A stretch of DNA of 64,000 bases from Pachysolen tannophilus NRRL Y-2460 (taxonomy: Eukaryota). Positions 42,301 through 53,733 of the stretch are shown piece after piece. Position numbers and translations under genes: made by a program. A model generated the notes under the pieces. It ran no database searches. It saw only the letters and a list, made by a program, of their open reading frames with translations, and was not told where the DNA came from. Within the stretch, counting starts at the first letter, position 1, and each line of letters opens with the position of its first letter. Location: assembly GCA_001661245.1 (NCBI GenBank), contig KV454013.1, positions 269,005 to 333,004 of the forward strand, written 5' to 3'.

Positions 42301-43222
42301 TACTTCTTTGAGGTTTTGGTAAAGTTTGAAGATCGATCAAACCCTGCGGAAGCCCTTCTTTAATTCAAAGGGGAAAATTTTTTAGTTCCCCTCTATTTTT
42401 AAACGGGGTGGCGAAAAATGGCGGCTAAATAAATTATTACAGGAAAAGATGAAGAAAAATTTGAATTAAAATAGACAAAATTGATTTAAATTATTTATTG
42501 AAAACTGATTAAATAGATTGATGGTATTTGTTTGAAAAATTGTCATATCACTATAAGATGTTCTGGATAATTTAACAAGGTGTAGATTTCAAAAGAAAAA
42601 AAAATTGTATAACCACATAGTTAAATAGTGAATTCTTTTAAATTCTAAGCGCGCTAAACCGTTACCAACACCAATCAACTAGAGACAACGGAATCTTGAA
42701 GATTGATGAATTTAGTATACATCAATCCAGGAATCAATCTAACCGCCGTTGAAGATCATGTTGTTTTACCTCGATATTGTCAACGACACAGAAACAAAAG
42801 ATAATTAATTAATTACCTTTGCCTTGTCTTTTTTTTTAATTTTTTTAGGCTTTTTAGCTTTTTTTTAGTGTTAAAATCCTTTAATCTCCGGCTACTCAGT
42901 CCAAATTAGAACACGGTGCCTGCATTAAGTGTGAAACATAAGCATTTTAAAAAACTAAATCTAAATTATATTATATAAAAGTATAATATATATACAAAGC
43001 CCAAATAAATAAATAAAAAAAAAAGGTTGATAATTGTGTTTTGATTTAGTTGGTATTGACTAAAGAATAAGTTTGATCATTGGCGCTTAAGGTATAGTAT
43101 TGGTTAAAAGAATTTTAGAGATTTGAAATTAATGATATTTTGTTGTTTGTTTAAGTTTCCAAAAATTGAATTGAATTGAATGTTTCCAAAATATAGAATA
43201 AACAAGAATAATAACAAATAAG

Positions 43223-44845
43223 ATGAAGCACCTTTCTCATTATTTGTCTCCTTTTTTACAAAATAAGATCAATAATGGTAATACCGATGGTAATGGTAGG
43301 TCAATTGAAGCATCAATTGAAATACCGCAGACCGCTGTTTATTTGAAAGGAGTTCCTTTAGCTGAAAGATTATCCAATTCTCCTAGTACATTAAGAGGTA
43401 CCGTTATTATAAATATACAAAAAATGAATCATGTGAAAATAAATTCGATTGTTGTTCAGTTGGTTTGCACATATTTGAAAAGTGGGTTATTAAATAATAA
43501 AAGTAATAAACTTTTATCAACTCCTTTAAATATAGAAGAAGAATTATTTAAAGAATCAATTATTTTATTTATCAGTACTCCAACAGCTGCTACAAATGTT
43601 CATTCGGATAAACTTTGCTTTTCAGCAGGTGTGAATTATCGTTATCCTTTTCAATTTGCAATAAGTCCAACTGCACCAGAATCTGTTTCCACAATTTTTG
43701 GAAGTATAGAATATAAAGTTAAATTGTTAATTGATTGTGGAGATACAATGTTAACCGCTGATGAAAAAATTCAAGTAATAAGGGCAAATGGAGAAATATC
43801 AGGACTTAAAAGTGAATCAACAATTGTTCAAGGTTGCTGGCGTAATCTTTTGAATTATAAATTTATAGTTGGTGCTAAAGTGGTAAATATCAATAATGAT
43901 TTAAATATAAATATTGAAGTTAATCCAATATTTAGAGAAAATTATATGGTACATGGAATAAGTATTTTTCTTATTCAACAAATTCAATATAATTATGATA
44001 AAGATAAAAAACTGTGTATTGATAATAATTTTGCCAAAGTTAATCAAACTCAAAAAATATTATTAAGAGAATATCCCGTTGATTTCATGGATTTGCAAGA
44101 AGATGGTTCCATAGTGTTTGATTGGTCTATTCCAATAACTGAATATATCAAGAGACCAACTCAAAGTTTTAGAATTTATCCATATACAAGCCATTTAGGT
44201 TTACCAAACAATATTCCATCATTAAAAATTTCTCATAATATTAAAATTTCTGTTTTCTTGGAAGAATTGAATCCTGAAAGGGAAAATAAAATGGAATCTA
44301 TAGAAAAAATTGGACCGCCAATTACTTCTACTTCAAGCAGTTCATTACTTTCTGTATTATCACCACATAATGTTTTTAATAGAAGTTGTTCTAACTCTTA
44401 TATTACATCTCCTAATCGAAATGATTTTTTTATTGATTCCAATCAAGATACAGAACAAAATTTTCCTCCTAAGAAAATTGAGTTATCTTCAAATTCACCT
44501 GTTTTCATGTTACACCCAGATTCTGTTGATGAAATTCCTCCTGCATATTCATTTTTTGAAGATGTAGATCAAGATTCGGTTTATAATAGCGATTACGAAG
44601 ATTCAAGCACAAATAATGATTTTCAATATAATAAAAATTATGTTACAGAATCATCTAATAGTGCAACAACATATAGCTATGGAACTGTTCCAGAAAGAAA
44701 TCCTGCAAGAGCAAATTCTGTAAGTTCACATACAAGTTCCAATTCCTGGTTTGATATAGTTGAGAAATGGAATGGACAATTACCTCCTAGCTATAATGAT
44801 CTTGAGTGTGGTTACAACAGTAGAGATGGAAATATTATCATTTGA
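43223..44845 (+). CDS. Alpha-arrestin (ART ubiquitin-ligase adaptor)
   Basis: Arrestin-N features LRGTVII and YRYPFQFAISPTAPESV..GSIEY; ISHNIKI; C-terminal PY motifs PPAY and PPSY. Confidence 0.82.
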   Translation: MKHLSHYLSPFLQNKINNGNTDGNGRSIEASIEIPQTAVYLKGVPLAERLSNSPSTLRGTVIINIQKMNHVKINSIVVQLVCTYLKSGLLNNKSNKLLSTPLNIEEELFKESIILFISTPTAATNVHSDKLCFSAGVNYRYPFQFAISPTAPESVSTIFGSIEYKVKLLIDCGDTMLTADEKIQVIRANGEISGLKSESTIVQGCWRNLLNYKFIVGAKVVNINNDLNINIEVNPIFRENYMVHGISIFLIQQIQYNYDKDKKLCIDNNFAKVNQTQKILLREYPVDFMDLQEDGSIVFDWSIPITEYIKRPTQSFRIYPYTSHLGLPNNIPSLKISHNIKISVFLEELNPERENKMESIEKIGPPITSTSSSSLLSVLSPHNVFNRSCSNSYITSPNRNDFFIDSNQDTEQNFPPKKIELSSNSPVFMLHPDSVDEIPPAYSFFEDVDQDSVYNSDYEDSSTNNDFQYNKNYVTESSNSATTYSYGTVPERNPARANSVSSHTSSNSWFDIVEKWNGQLPPSYNDLECGYNSRDGNIII

Positions 44846-45152
44846 ATTGTGGGTTTTCATTGTTTTATATTAACATTTGGGCTTTTTCTCCTTTTATTTT
44901 TCTTTTTTTTTTTTTTTTTTTTAATTCTTTTTGCTTTGGCTTCGTATTATTGATTGCTGTTGGTTGGTTGGGTTTATATACTTTTTTTTGTGCATGGCTT
45001 TCTCGGGAATAATGGATTTGTTATACAAGATTTTATTTAAAATTGCTAATAATGGGATATCATGACCTACTTTTTTTTTATAAACAAAATCACATTGCTA
45101 TTAAATAATCTCTTGAGTACTATAAAATAAAAAACACAAACACATTTTTTAA

Positions 45153-46136
45153 TTAACCATTCATCCATGAATCAAGATATATAGCACCGTCTTTGATATC
45201 AGAAGGAATCTCAGATTCATTTTCATTATATCCGGGAGTGATGATTTTGTAACTATCGAACAAATCAAATGGTGAATCTTCTTCTTGACCAACATCATTT
45301 TCTAATCCGCCTCCATTTTCTAATATACTTTGCCATGATGCTTTATAAGAATCTATAAATCCATTATGTAATTTTTCTAATTTCTCATCATATACAAGAA
45401 CATTACACAATGCTCTAATATCATTTTGAGATAACTCAACATTGGCAATTCCAGAATTTGAAATAAATTCCATAATATCTTTTGCAGTAGGATAATCCAC
45501 ATATGTATGAGGAAAAGATTGTTGTGGTGGTTGTGATTTCTCCATTGCATTATATTCTGGATTCTTATTGAATGCATTAGGGTATGATTTAGAAGCAACA
45601 TATCTCCATACAACAAGAAGTAGTGAGTCGATAAATTCTGTATCTAATTCACTATCTGTAAACCATGGTCCACCTGTGACTTCTATCGAAGGAGTTAAAT
45701 GATATAACATGTAAATTTTACGTGTAGGATATTTCACAGATTTAACCGACTTTATATAACTTTGATTTTCTAAACCTTTTAAACATCTCAATACAACGTG
45801 TTGATGTAAATTTGTCTTTGCCTTTATTGTCTTTGTCCAAATACCTTCTCTACCTGATGCTTCAATATATGAATAAATCATCGCTTCATCTTTTGACATT
45901 TTTTGTACCTTTTCAGCTTCAGACAGCTTAACAGCTTGAAACTTTAAGACCCCATCTTGTTTAACCAATTTTAATAACTGTTTATTTATTAATTCTTGAG
46001 CTAAAATCATTAAATCTTCTGGATTTGCAATCTTTGCTAAAATTTGTAATTCTTTCTGATCAAATATCGATCCAGATTTTTGCTCCAACATCAACCCATG
46101 GAGCTTTTCAGCTCTTGTAGAAATTGAAGAAGACAT
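45153..46136 (-). CDS. RPC34: RNA polymerase III subunit C34
   Basis: YSYIEASGREGIWTKTIKAKTNLHQH, KSVKYPTRKIYMLY.L.PS.EVTGGPWFTD.ELD. Confidence 0.96.
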   Translation of the reverse strand: MSSSISTRAEKLHGLMLEQKSGSIFDQKELQILAKIANPEDLMILAQELINKQLLKLVKQDGVLKFQAVKLSEAEKVQKMSKDEAMIYSYIEASGREGIWTKTIKAKTNLHQHVVLRCLKGLENQSYIKSVKSVKYPTRKIYMLYHLTPSIEVTGGPWFTDSELDTEFIDSLLLVVWRYVASKSYPNAFNKNPEYNAMEKSQPPQQSFPHTYVDYPTAKDIMEFISNSGIANVELSQNDIRALCNVLVYDEKLEKLHNGFIDSYKASWQSILENGGGLENDVGQEEDSPFDLFDSYKIITPGYNENESEIPSDIKDGAIYLDSWMNG

Positions 46137-46251
46137 AACAAAGCCTCACTACTTCTTGAAAATGATATACAGATCAACCACTTTACCTTAAACTCGGTTC
46201 GATGATAATTAACTAACTTAACTAACTATACCTTAATACTTTTTGCTAGAG

Positions 46252-46278
46252 AGCTCATCACTTTTTTAAAATTTTTCA
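46252..46278 (-). promoter_or_regulatory. PAC + RRPE module upstream of RPC34
   Basis: AGCTCATC (46252-46259) and AAAATTTTTCA (46268-46278). Confidence 0.7.
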
Positions 46279-46473
46279 GAGACATAAATTGATGCAAAAA
46301 TTAATAATGTTTGTACACGACTCTTTTTTTCCTCTCTCCCAAAATCTTTGCAAAAACTCCAATAACGACAACGACAACGACAAGACAACGATAGTAGATA
46401 AATAAGGATAAGTGCTGTATATAGAGATATATATGTATTTGTGCTGTGGGTTTAACTGATAATTGATTTAGTG

Positions 46474-47637
46474 ATGTCGTTTAGGAAGCAGAAACCGAGA
46501 ATTATTTTGGAAGAAGAAGAAGGAGAGGCGGAAGTTGAAGAAGATGTTCCTTCAGTTCAGTTTAAGAAAAAAAGATTTAGCACTGTGAATCAAAAGAGAA
46601 AGAATTTGAAGTTGACTAGTTTTAAAGACTATTTTGAAGGCGGGAAGGATGATGAGGCGGATGAGATTCTGGACTTGAAAATACGACCAAAGATACAGGG
46701 GAAGTTTAAGAAAAGTGTAAAATTTACTGGAGACAAGACACCACCAGATTTAATGGATATTGATAATGATAATGATCCTAATGAAACTGAGAATAATCAT
46801 GATAATCAAGAGAATAATAATTATACTCAAGAGTATTTGGAGGAGCTTAAACTGCAGAACAATATTGTTTCAAGAAATCCAGATTTTGAAAAAGAAGAAA
46901 CCGTGGAAATAGAAAACGAGGGACCAACTAAAGTTCCTTATAAGATAATTGAGTCATTGTCATCGTCATCGTCACCAGTACTGCAGAACCAGAACAAAAC
47001 AATTATACCCGACGCCTTAATGATAAAAGAGCTCAAGGAGAGAGCAACAAGGGATGAAATTCAAGAATTAAATATGAAACATGAAGATTTCATTTCAATA
47101 GAAGATTATGATGAAGAATTTGAGTATAAAAATAAACAAAATTTAAATACAGGGAGAAATATTAATGATAGAAATACAGATTTTGAAGTTGATTTACATG
47201 AAAATTTTGCAGATGATAGATTACCCTTGACAAAAAATGAATTTGAATTACAACAAAAATCTAATAGAGAAAAAATTGAAGACGCAATAAGAGAAGCACA
47301 AGAAGTACTGGAAGATAACGATGATGATAACAACCTCGAAGACCAGGAATGGGAAAAGACCCAACTCCGACAGGGGAAACTTTTATCAGTGGAAAGTAAC
47401 GCAAATTTGCATCCAATCTCTGGTGAAACAAAGCTCCCCAAGTTGAAGGAAATCATTTCAATCGATAACCAATTACAGAATTTAAAAGAAAAATTACAAA
47501 ACTTCAAAAACGTTAAAGAAGTCAATGAGGAAAGATTAAAAGAACTGATGGCTGAAAAACTGAACTTGGAAACCCAAAAGAAGAATTTATCCCAATCTCT
47601 TGATACTCTAGCCCAACAACTAAAAACCATAAAATGA
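46474..47637 (+). CDS. Ntr2-like spliceosome disassembly factor (probable)
   Basis: YTQEYLEELK, IPDA.MIKELKER, EDFISI, DDRLPL, EWEKTQL and a C-terminal coiled coil resemble the NTR2/GCFC family. ATG at 46474. Confidence 0.6.
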   Translation: MSFRKQKPRIILEEEEGEAEVEEDVPSVQFKKKRFSTVNQKRKNLKLTSFKDYFEGGKDDEADEILDLKIRPKIQGKFKKSVKFTGDKTPPDLMDIDNDNDPNETENNHDNQENNNYTQEYLEELKLQNNIVSRNPDFEKEETVEIENEGPTKVPYKIIESLSSSSSPVLQNQNKTIIPDALMIKELKERATRDEIQELNMKHEDFISIEDYDEEFEYKNKQNLNTGRNINDRNTDFEVDLHENFADDRLPLTKNEFELQQKSNREKIEDAIREAQEVLEDNDDDNNLEDQEWEKTQLRQGKLLSVESNANLHPISGETKLPKLKEIISIDNQLQNLKEKLQNFKNVKEVNEERLKELMAEKLNLETQKKNLSQSLDTLAQQLKTIK

Positions 47638-47743
47638 TTTCACTCAATGATTCCAACGTATTAAATTTTACTCATAGATTGGGAGGTAGTGTACCTAAAC
47701 CCCAGACATTCCCAATCTGGTAATTGGTGTTGTGTAAGCGCGG

Positions 47744-47749
47744 TGACTC
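47744..47749 (+). promoter_or_regulatory. Gcn4-type site TGACTC upstream of ARG3
   Basis: TGACTC plus several TTACTCA variants within about 350 bp of an arginine biosynthesis gene. Confidence 0.5.
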
Positions 47750-48012
47750 TTTACAATAACGTGCATCTGCAAGTTGAATTTCCAATCAAATAACTGGACA
47801 TAATGGAAAAAAATTTTCCAAAGTAACAATTGGAAATCTAAAATTACTCATTATTCATTACTCATACTATTTGCATATTGGGATTAACGTTTATATCTCG
47901 AGAAATTGGTTGAATCATCGAATATTTATTTAAAGATTACTTAAAGAACTTTTGAAGTTTATTTAAAAAGAGAGGTAATTTTTTTTTTTTTTTTTTTTTT
48001 TATTTCTAGAGA

Positions 48013-49056
48013 ATGATTAATAGTATTTCAAATACAGTTTTATTAAAATCGGTGGTATCAAAAAGATTTTTTTCTTCATCAGCAAAAATGAGTTCACAAG
48101 CTAAACCACGTCATTTGGTTTCTATGTTGGAGTTGTCAATCAAAGAGTTGGAGTCTTTGGTTAATAGAGCAGCTTATCATAAGCAACAGATTAGATCTGG
48201 TCTGGTTAATACTACTCAACCTTTATCTGGTAAGACTGTATCTTTGATTTTCAACAAGAGATCAACTAGAACTAGAGTTTCATCGGAAGGTGCAGCGGCT
48301 TATTTGGGAGGATGTCCGATGTTTTTGGGTAAAGATGATATTCAATTAGGTGTCAATGAATCTTTACATGATACGACTAAGATTATATCGTCAATGACTT
48401 CAAGTATATTTGCTAGGGTCAATAAGCATTCTGATATTCAAGAAATGTGCAAGTACTCTTCAGTACCAATTATAAATGCATTGTGTGATACTTTCCACCC
48501 ATTGCAAGCTATAACAGATATATTGACTATAAAAGAAAGTTTTGGGAATACTACCAAAGGTTTGAAGTTGGCATGGATAGGTGATGTAAATAACGTTATA
48601 AATGATTTATGTATTGCGGCTTTAAAATCAGGAATTGATGTTTCAATAGCAGTTCCTTCAGGTCTTAAATTTGAGGAACTGATTTTATCCGGTGCAAAAG
48701 AAATCTCTGCAGAAAATGGCACTACGTTAAAGATTACAAATGATCCACTTGAAGCAATTAATGGTGCAAATGTAATTGTCACCGATACTTGGATATCAAT
48801 GGGTCAAGAAGATGAAAGACTGCAGAAATTGAAACAATTTGAAGGATTCCAAATAACCAAAGAAATGATTTCTAAAGGTAAAGCTGCTGAAAATTGGAAA
48901 TTCATGCATTGTTTGCCAAGACACCCAGAAGAAGTACATGATGAAGTTTTCTACGATGAAGAAAGATCATTGGTTTTTGAAGAAGGTGAAAATAGATTAT
49001 ATGCTGCTATTGCTGTTCTTGAAGGTTTCGTTGTTAACAAGGGTAAATTATTATAA
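48013..49056 (+). CDS. ARG3: Ornithine carbamoyltransferase with mitochondrial presequence
   Basis: KRSTRTR, HPLQ, DTWISMG, FMHCLP, ENR; N-terminal leader ending KRFFSS. Confidence 0.98.
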   Translation: MINSISNTVLLKSVVSKRFFSSSAKMSSQAKPRHLVSMLELSIKELESLVNRAAYHKQQIRSGLVNTTQPLSGKTVSLIFNKRSTRTRVSSEGAAAYLGGCPMFLGKDDIQLGVNESLHDTTKIISSMTSSIFARVNKHSDIQEMCKYSSVPIINALCDTFHPLQAITDILTIKESFGNTTKGLKLAWIGDVNNVINDLCIAALKSGIDVSIAVPSGLKFEELILSGAKEISAENGTTLKITNDPLEAINGANVIVTDTWISMGQEDERLQKLKQFEGFQITKEMISKGKAAENWKFMHCLPRHPEEVHDEVFYDEERSLVFEEGENRLYAAIAVLEGFVVNKGKLL

Positions 49057-49176
49057 TTGTAACTCATAAATAAAAAATAAAAAAAAAAATAAATAATTCT
49101 CATTTATATTTATATATTATAATTACATAGAATGATTAATTAAACTAAAAAGCTAATGTTTTCGTTTTCTGTTTTT

Positions 49177-51633
49177 TTAAAAATTCACTAAAAGTTCTAA
49201 ATCTTCAAAATTAATAATTCTTTCACTGTCAAGCTCATTCCAATCAATACTAAAACAGCTTTTATCATGAAAATCATTCAAATTTCTTAATACTCTATTT
49301 GACAAGAAAGGCGCAACACCATTATTCAAAGTACCCACGGTAATGTGATTATACTTGTTCATCCAAAGTTTCTTATTCTCATCATCTCCTAATTTCAATT
49401 GATTTATATCGCACTCTATACACAACAATTTTCCATCACCACATAATTTTTTCAAGATTAATGTAAAAGGTGTAAGTGGTTTAGTTAATTTAAAAGTTCT
49501 CCCTCTTAAATTCCCACCTTCATTTGCTTTAAGGATTTCATTAATATCCTTCAAAAAATAATTTTCAACATAGTCATTAAAAATATTTACATTTTTATCA
49601 TTTCTGTGAGTTAATGTGACATGGAACTCTTTCTGAATTCTATCAGTTTCTTTCAACAATTGGTATAGATTCACAATATCTTCATTTGAAGTATTGTGGG
49701 ACAATAAGTTCTCAATTTTTGAGATAATTAAATCTGGATTCTTAATACCTATAGAGAAATAAATTGGCTGCTGCTTTTTGTTACGATTTGATTTAGAAGA
49801 GCTACTTTTAACAATCTTGCTAAAATTTGGCTCGTAACTCAACGCATCTTGAAAGCTGTTATGAATAGCTTCGTCTGATGGAATTTCAGGAATTATCTCA
49901 GGAAAAGATTGCTTAATTTGAGTTATAATTTTATATAAATTCTTCAAGTTTGTATTTTCAGTTTCATCCCATTCCATATCGATAATCAAATTAAATAAAC
50001 TATCAGGCTGCCTAGTAGGGTCAACATTTTGAAATCTACCTATGAATCCCTTCATTATATTGGCAACATCATTCATTCCCTTTTCTCCTGCTTTTATAGA
50101 TTGATGATTGTTGCCTCTTGCGCTAACTCTTTTGTAGGTTATTTCCCACAACTTTGATTTGATCTTATCTTTATCTTCAGGAAAAAAATTTAGACAAATA
50201 AATTTTAAATTGTATTTTCCCTTATTTAATTTATTAAAATCTTCAAATATTTGTTTTCTTTCCCTAAATTGATGATTATTTCTATCCATTATACAGCAAT
50301 CCGAATTTTCCAACAACTCTAAAGCACCTCTAATGAATTTATCTTTAACAGGATTGGGTATATTATCATTTTGGATATGTGACCAATGAGGAAATAATTT
50401 AGTTAATGAAATTGCAATTGTAGTTTTACCACAACCAATAGTGGCTACAGGTACAATGATATATTTCGTAATGGTGTTTTGAGAAACTGATGTCAAATTC
50501 AATGAAGATAAAGCTAACTCCATATCAAAATCTTTATCCTCATAATTTGCAACTTCAAACCCTTTTTTACCATAATGATTTAAAAATTGATTTCTCAAAT
50601 CAATTATTCCATGATTGTTTAAATATTTTTCTTTTAAATCAGGATTAGAGGATAAAATTGGCATAATGAATGCAATATATTTCAATGTTTGATATTTATG
50701 TTTTGATATTTTCAACTCTTCAATAGGCTTTCCACTAATTATTTCTTTTGTTACTTCTCTCCAACTTCTATACATTAAGTAAGGTTCTTCAAATTTGTAT
50801 TTAAAGAAAAAATCTTCATCTTGCAAATTCTTACACCTAATGACAAATCCCTCAGCTTCTCTCCCATCATAAGTACCCGTCTTTGAGCAATCGGTTAAAA
50901 TCTGCTGAAGATGATTAATATCATCAATAACTGTAAATTCAATTTCTTTGAATCCAAACATTTTTGAAAATTCATGTACCTTTTCCATTGAAAGAGTCAT
51001 GAAATTTACCTGATTCATGTTTAAACCATGAAGATATAATCCTGATCTTTTCTTGGAATATTCTAAAACATGTTCTTCAAATTCATCATCACATAATTCC
51101 AGGACAGCAGTGAGATTATTCTCATATAAATATTTTGCAAAATTTTTAATATCAATATTTTTAGAGTTTAACTGATTTTCTAACATTTTTTGACCATACA
51201 AAGCATGGTTCCTATTCACATCATCTCTTTCACCAGTAGAATGCTTAGAGCAAACAACAATAGTACCATCCTCTAACCCAGATATGAAAATAATACATCC
51301 ATTTTCCTTTAACGTTAAATAATATGGACCTCTTGTAGATTCAACTAAATTCTGCCACCTAGTGATTGGTAATTCATCAACATTGAAAAATTTATCATAT
51401 CCTCTAATAATAATTTTCTCATCATTCAAAGTAAACAATCCCCTTGCTTGAGAAACCAAAGTCTCACTTTTACCATAATCCCATTCATTAAATTTCCAAC
51501 TATCAATTTTAATATTCGTATTCAAAATTTGAAAAGTATTTTTCCTCACCTTACCTCTTTTCAAAGTCTTATCATGGTAATTCGAATTCAATTGTTTAAT
51601 CAACTCGATATCATCAGAGCACTCACGACACAT
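49177..51633 (-). CDS. TRL1: Trifunctional fungal tRNA ligase Trl1 (ligase, kinase, CPDase)
   Basis: ARGLF, RGYDKFFN, KENGC, CSKHSTG, EGFVIR, FFFKYK; P-loop ATIGCGKTT, DRNNH; 2H motifs FHVTL and HITVG. Confidence 0.96.
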   Translation of the reverse strand: MCRECSDDIELIKQLNSNYHDKTLKRGKVRKNTFQILNTNIKIDSWKFNEWDYGKSETLVSQARGLFTLNDEKIIIRGYDKFFNVDELPITRWQNLVESTRGPYYLTLKENGCIIFISGLEDGTIVVCSKHSTGERDDVNRNHALYGQKMLENQLNSKNIDIKNFAKYLYENNLTAVLELCDDEFEEHVLEYSKKRSGLYLHGLNMNQVNFMTLSMEKVHEFSKMFGFKEIEFTVIDDINHLQQILTDCSKTGTYDGREAEGFVIRCKNLQDEDFFFKYKFEEPYLMYRSWREVTKEIISGKPIEELKISKHKYQTLKYIAFIMPILSSNPDLKEKYLNNHGIIDLRNQFLNHYGKKGFEVANYEDKDFDMELALSSLNLTSVSQNTITKYIIVPVATIGCGKTTIAISLTKLFPHWSHIQNDNIPNPVKDKFIRGALELLENSDCCIMDRNNHQFRERKQIFEDFNKLNKGKYNLKFICLNFFPEDKDKIKSKLWEITYKRVSARGNNHQSIKAGEKGMNDVANIMKGFIGRFQNVDPTRQPDSLFNLIIDMEWDETENTNLKNLYKIITQIKQSFPEIIPEIPSDEAIHNSFQDALSYEPNFSKIVKSSSSKSNRNKKQQPIYFSIGIKNPDLIISKIENLLSHNTSNEDIVNLYQLLKETDRIQKEFHVTLTHRNDKNVNIFNDYVENYFLKDINEILKANEGGNLRGRTFKLTKPLTPFTLILKKLCGDGKLLCIECDINQLKLGDDENKKLWMNKYNHITVGTLNNGVAPFLSNRVLRNLNDFHDKSCFSIDWNELDSERIINFEDLELLVNF

Positions 51634-51879
51634 CCAGAACCTATTCTACTCCTCAATAGCAAAGACTACCCGTTGTCAAAATAAATTGTTAAATTCGATT
51701 TATTCCATTTAGAAATTTTTTTTTTTCACCTGTTGAAAAAAAAAACTGGTCGTTTTGAGTGTATCAAGACATTTTAATGATTTTAAGTAAACATGATAAT
51801 AAAATGATTTTACACTGTGATTTAAATTATTGAATTAGATTTATTTGTGAGTGCGAGTTTGAAGGTTTAAGAGTTGAAA

Positions 51880-53733
51880 ATGAGTGGTAATCAGTTGATA
51901 GATGTGGATGAGGCTGATGCTCTTGTGTTGGAAGAGAATTTGGAGAAGTTGAGGAGCAATTGTTTGATAATAAATAAAGGACTAAACATCATTTCAATTA
52001 AATCGAATCAATCGGAATTGAAGATCAAGCCTTTGATCAATGAGACAAATAAGTTGAATTTGTATAAGTCCAATATAGATAATATTTTATCGATAGTGAA
52101 TGAGGTTAAAGATTATTCTTCTATAATTGCCAATTATGAGCAACTTTTAATTAATCCAAATAATTTGAATAAATTAGGTACACTGAAATTCATAAAGAAA
52201 TTAAAAGATTGTGATTTATTATATGAACAATTGAATCAAAGTGATAAATTTATTAAATTTAAAGGTTTAATGAATTCTTTAGTTTCTTCAATCAAATTGG
52301 GTGAATTGAATTTGAAGACTTATTTTGAATTATCATTAAATAAGAATTCTAAATCTTTTGATCCTCAAAAATTAATTTCTTCAAATAAACCATTTCCTTT
52401 CCTATCAAACAATGCTATTCAAGATTATAAATTAATTTTGAATTATTTTCAAGAGAAAAATCAACCAATAAATAATATTTTAACTGATAATAGATCAAAG
52501 TTAATAGTTGATTCTATGGCAATATTAGAACCATTTACTAAAAATTCTGCAATTGACAATAAAAAATTTTATACAAAATCTTCAAATGGAATTATTAATT
52601 ATTCTGAAGCATTAATTTGTTTTATAACTAATGAAAATTCATTAATCCAAGAAATATATGGTAATGATAATATTGAAAATTTTAAGATTTTAAATAAAAT
52701 ATTTGAAATATCAATTGAAAATTATGAAAAAGTAATTAAAAATTTAACTAATTTAGTTGAGTCTAATAAAGTCAGATTAGGAATGTTAATATTTGAAGTT
52801 GTTGAATCTTTAGAAATGATTTTGAAAAATATTAATGTTGAAAATAAAATTTTCTATAATCAATTATCCAATTTATTAGAACAAACAAGATTATTTGCAC
52901 AAACAATATTAACAGAATATATTCTTTATGTGGATAGACGATATTCAGAATTACAATTATCTCCTAACGAATCTACTGTTTGTGATACAACGATAGATTT
53001 AACAAATAAATTAATAGATTTGGCTAGTTATAGAAATCAATTATTATTTATTATTAGGGATTTAAGAACTGGTTCATGGATTCCAACTGATAACACTAAA
53101 CCTGAATGGTTTGCATCTTTCACATCCATTAGAGGTACAAAAGCTACACAACTTGATCACAAGGATCCCAAGAATATCTTATCAAGTTATATTAGTGACT
53201 CTCTTGACGGGATATTAATTGGTCTTGAAGTAAAGGCCAAAAGTTCAATTAAAAAATCTGCAATTGGGTTTTATTTACTTTTAAATTTTTTAAAAGTTAA
53301 AACTATTGTAGAAAATTCAATTTTGAAAAAATTGCTCTTAAATATAGGATATGAAAGATTAGGTAAAATTGAGAAAAGATTTTTAGGTATTTTCTTGGAT
53401 AATTGGAAAAAAATTGCAAGTTATTTAATGGATATAACAGTGATCAATAGTAGTACTGCAGGTTCAAATAACTTATCAAAAGAAAAGGAAACTATCAAAG
53501 AAAAATTCAAAAAATTTAATGATGAATTTGAAGAACTAGTCAAAACTCACAAATCTTTTAATATGAAAAATGATCCAGATTTGAAGAATTATATATATAA
53601 AGAAATAACTTTTATTTCACCTTTATATTTAAGGTTTTACAACAAATATGGTACTGGTGACTATTTCAAACATACTGAAAAATACGTTAGGTTCACTCCA
53701 AAAGAGTTTGATGAAACCCTCAAGTCAATCTGA
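51880..53733 (+). CDS. EXO70: Exocyst subunit Exo70
   Basis: DVDEADALVL, helical body, KETIKEKFKKFNDEFEEL, PLYLRFYNKY, EKYVRFT. ATG at 51880; follows ARG3-TRL1 as in S. cerevisiae. Confidence 0.93.
   Translation: MSGNQLIDVDEADALVLEENLEKLRSNCLIINKGLNIISIKSNQSELKIKPLINETNKLNLYKSNIDNILSIVNEVKDYSSIIANYEQLLINPNNLNKLGTLKFIKKLKDCDLLYEQLNQSDKFIKFKGLMNSLVSSIKLGELNLKTYFELSLNKNSKSFDPQKLISSNKPFPFLSNNAIQDYKLILNYFQEKNQPINNILTDNRSKLIVDSMAILEPFTKNSAIDNKKFYTKSSNGIINYSEALICFITNENSLIQEIYGNDNIENFKILNKIFEISIENYEKVIKNLTNLVESNKVRLGMLIFEVVESLEMILKNINVENKIFYNQLSNLLEQTRLFAQTILTEYILYVDRRYSELQLSPNESTVCDTTIDLTNKLIDLASYRNQLLFIIRDLRTGSWIPTDNTKPEWFASFTSIRGTKATQLDHKDPKNILSSYISDSLDGILIGLEVKAKSSIKKSAIGFYLLLNFLKVKTIVENSILKKLLLNIGYERLGKIEKRFLGIFLDNWKKIASYLMDITVINSSTAGSNNLSKEKETIKEKFKKFNDEFEELVKTHKSFNMKNDPDLKNYIYKEITFISPLYLRFYNKYGTGDYFKHTEKYVRFTPKEFDETLKSI

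Noticed and set aside
42369..42415. AGGGGAA/TTCCCCT inverted repeat and GGTGGCGAA (PACE-like) in the PLC1/arrestin promoter
   Set aside because: Short, single occurrences that could arise by chance.
47106..47630. 174-aa antisense ORF within the NTR2-like gene (and similar S/F/L-rich antisense ORFs in UTP4, YCG1, ALA1, ARG3 and NUP192)
   Set aside because: Typical reverse-complement shadows of E/K/D-rich coding sequence.
12858..51633. Apparent cluster of tRNA-related genes (macro domain, ALA1, CGI121, TRM13, RPC34, TRL1)
   Set aside because: Scattered among unrelated housekeeping genes; no evidence of a functional cluster.
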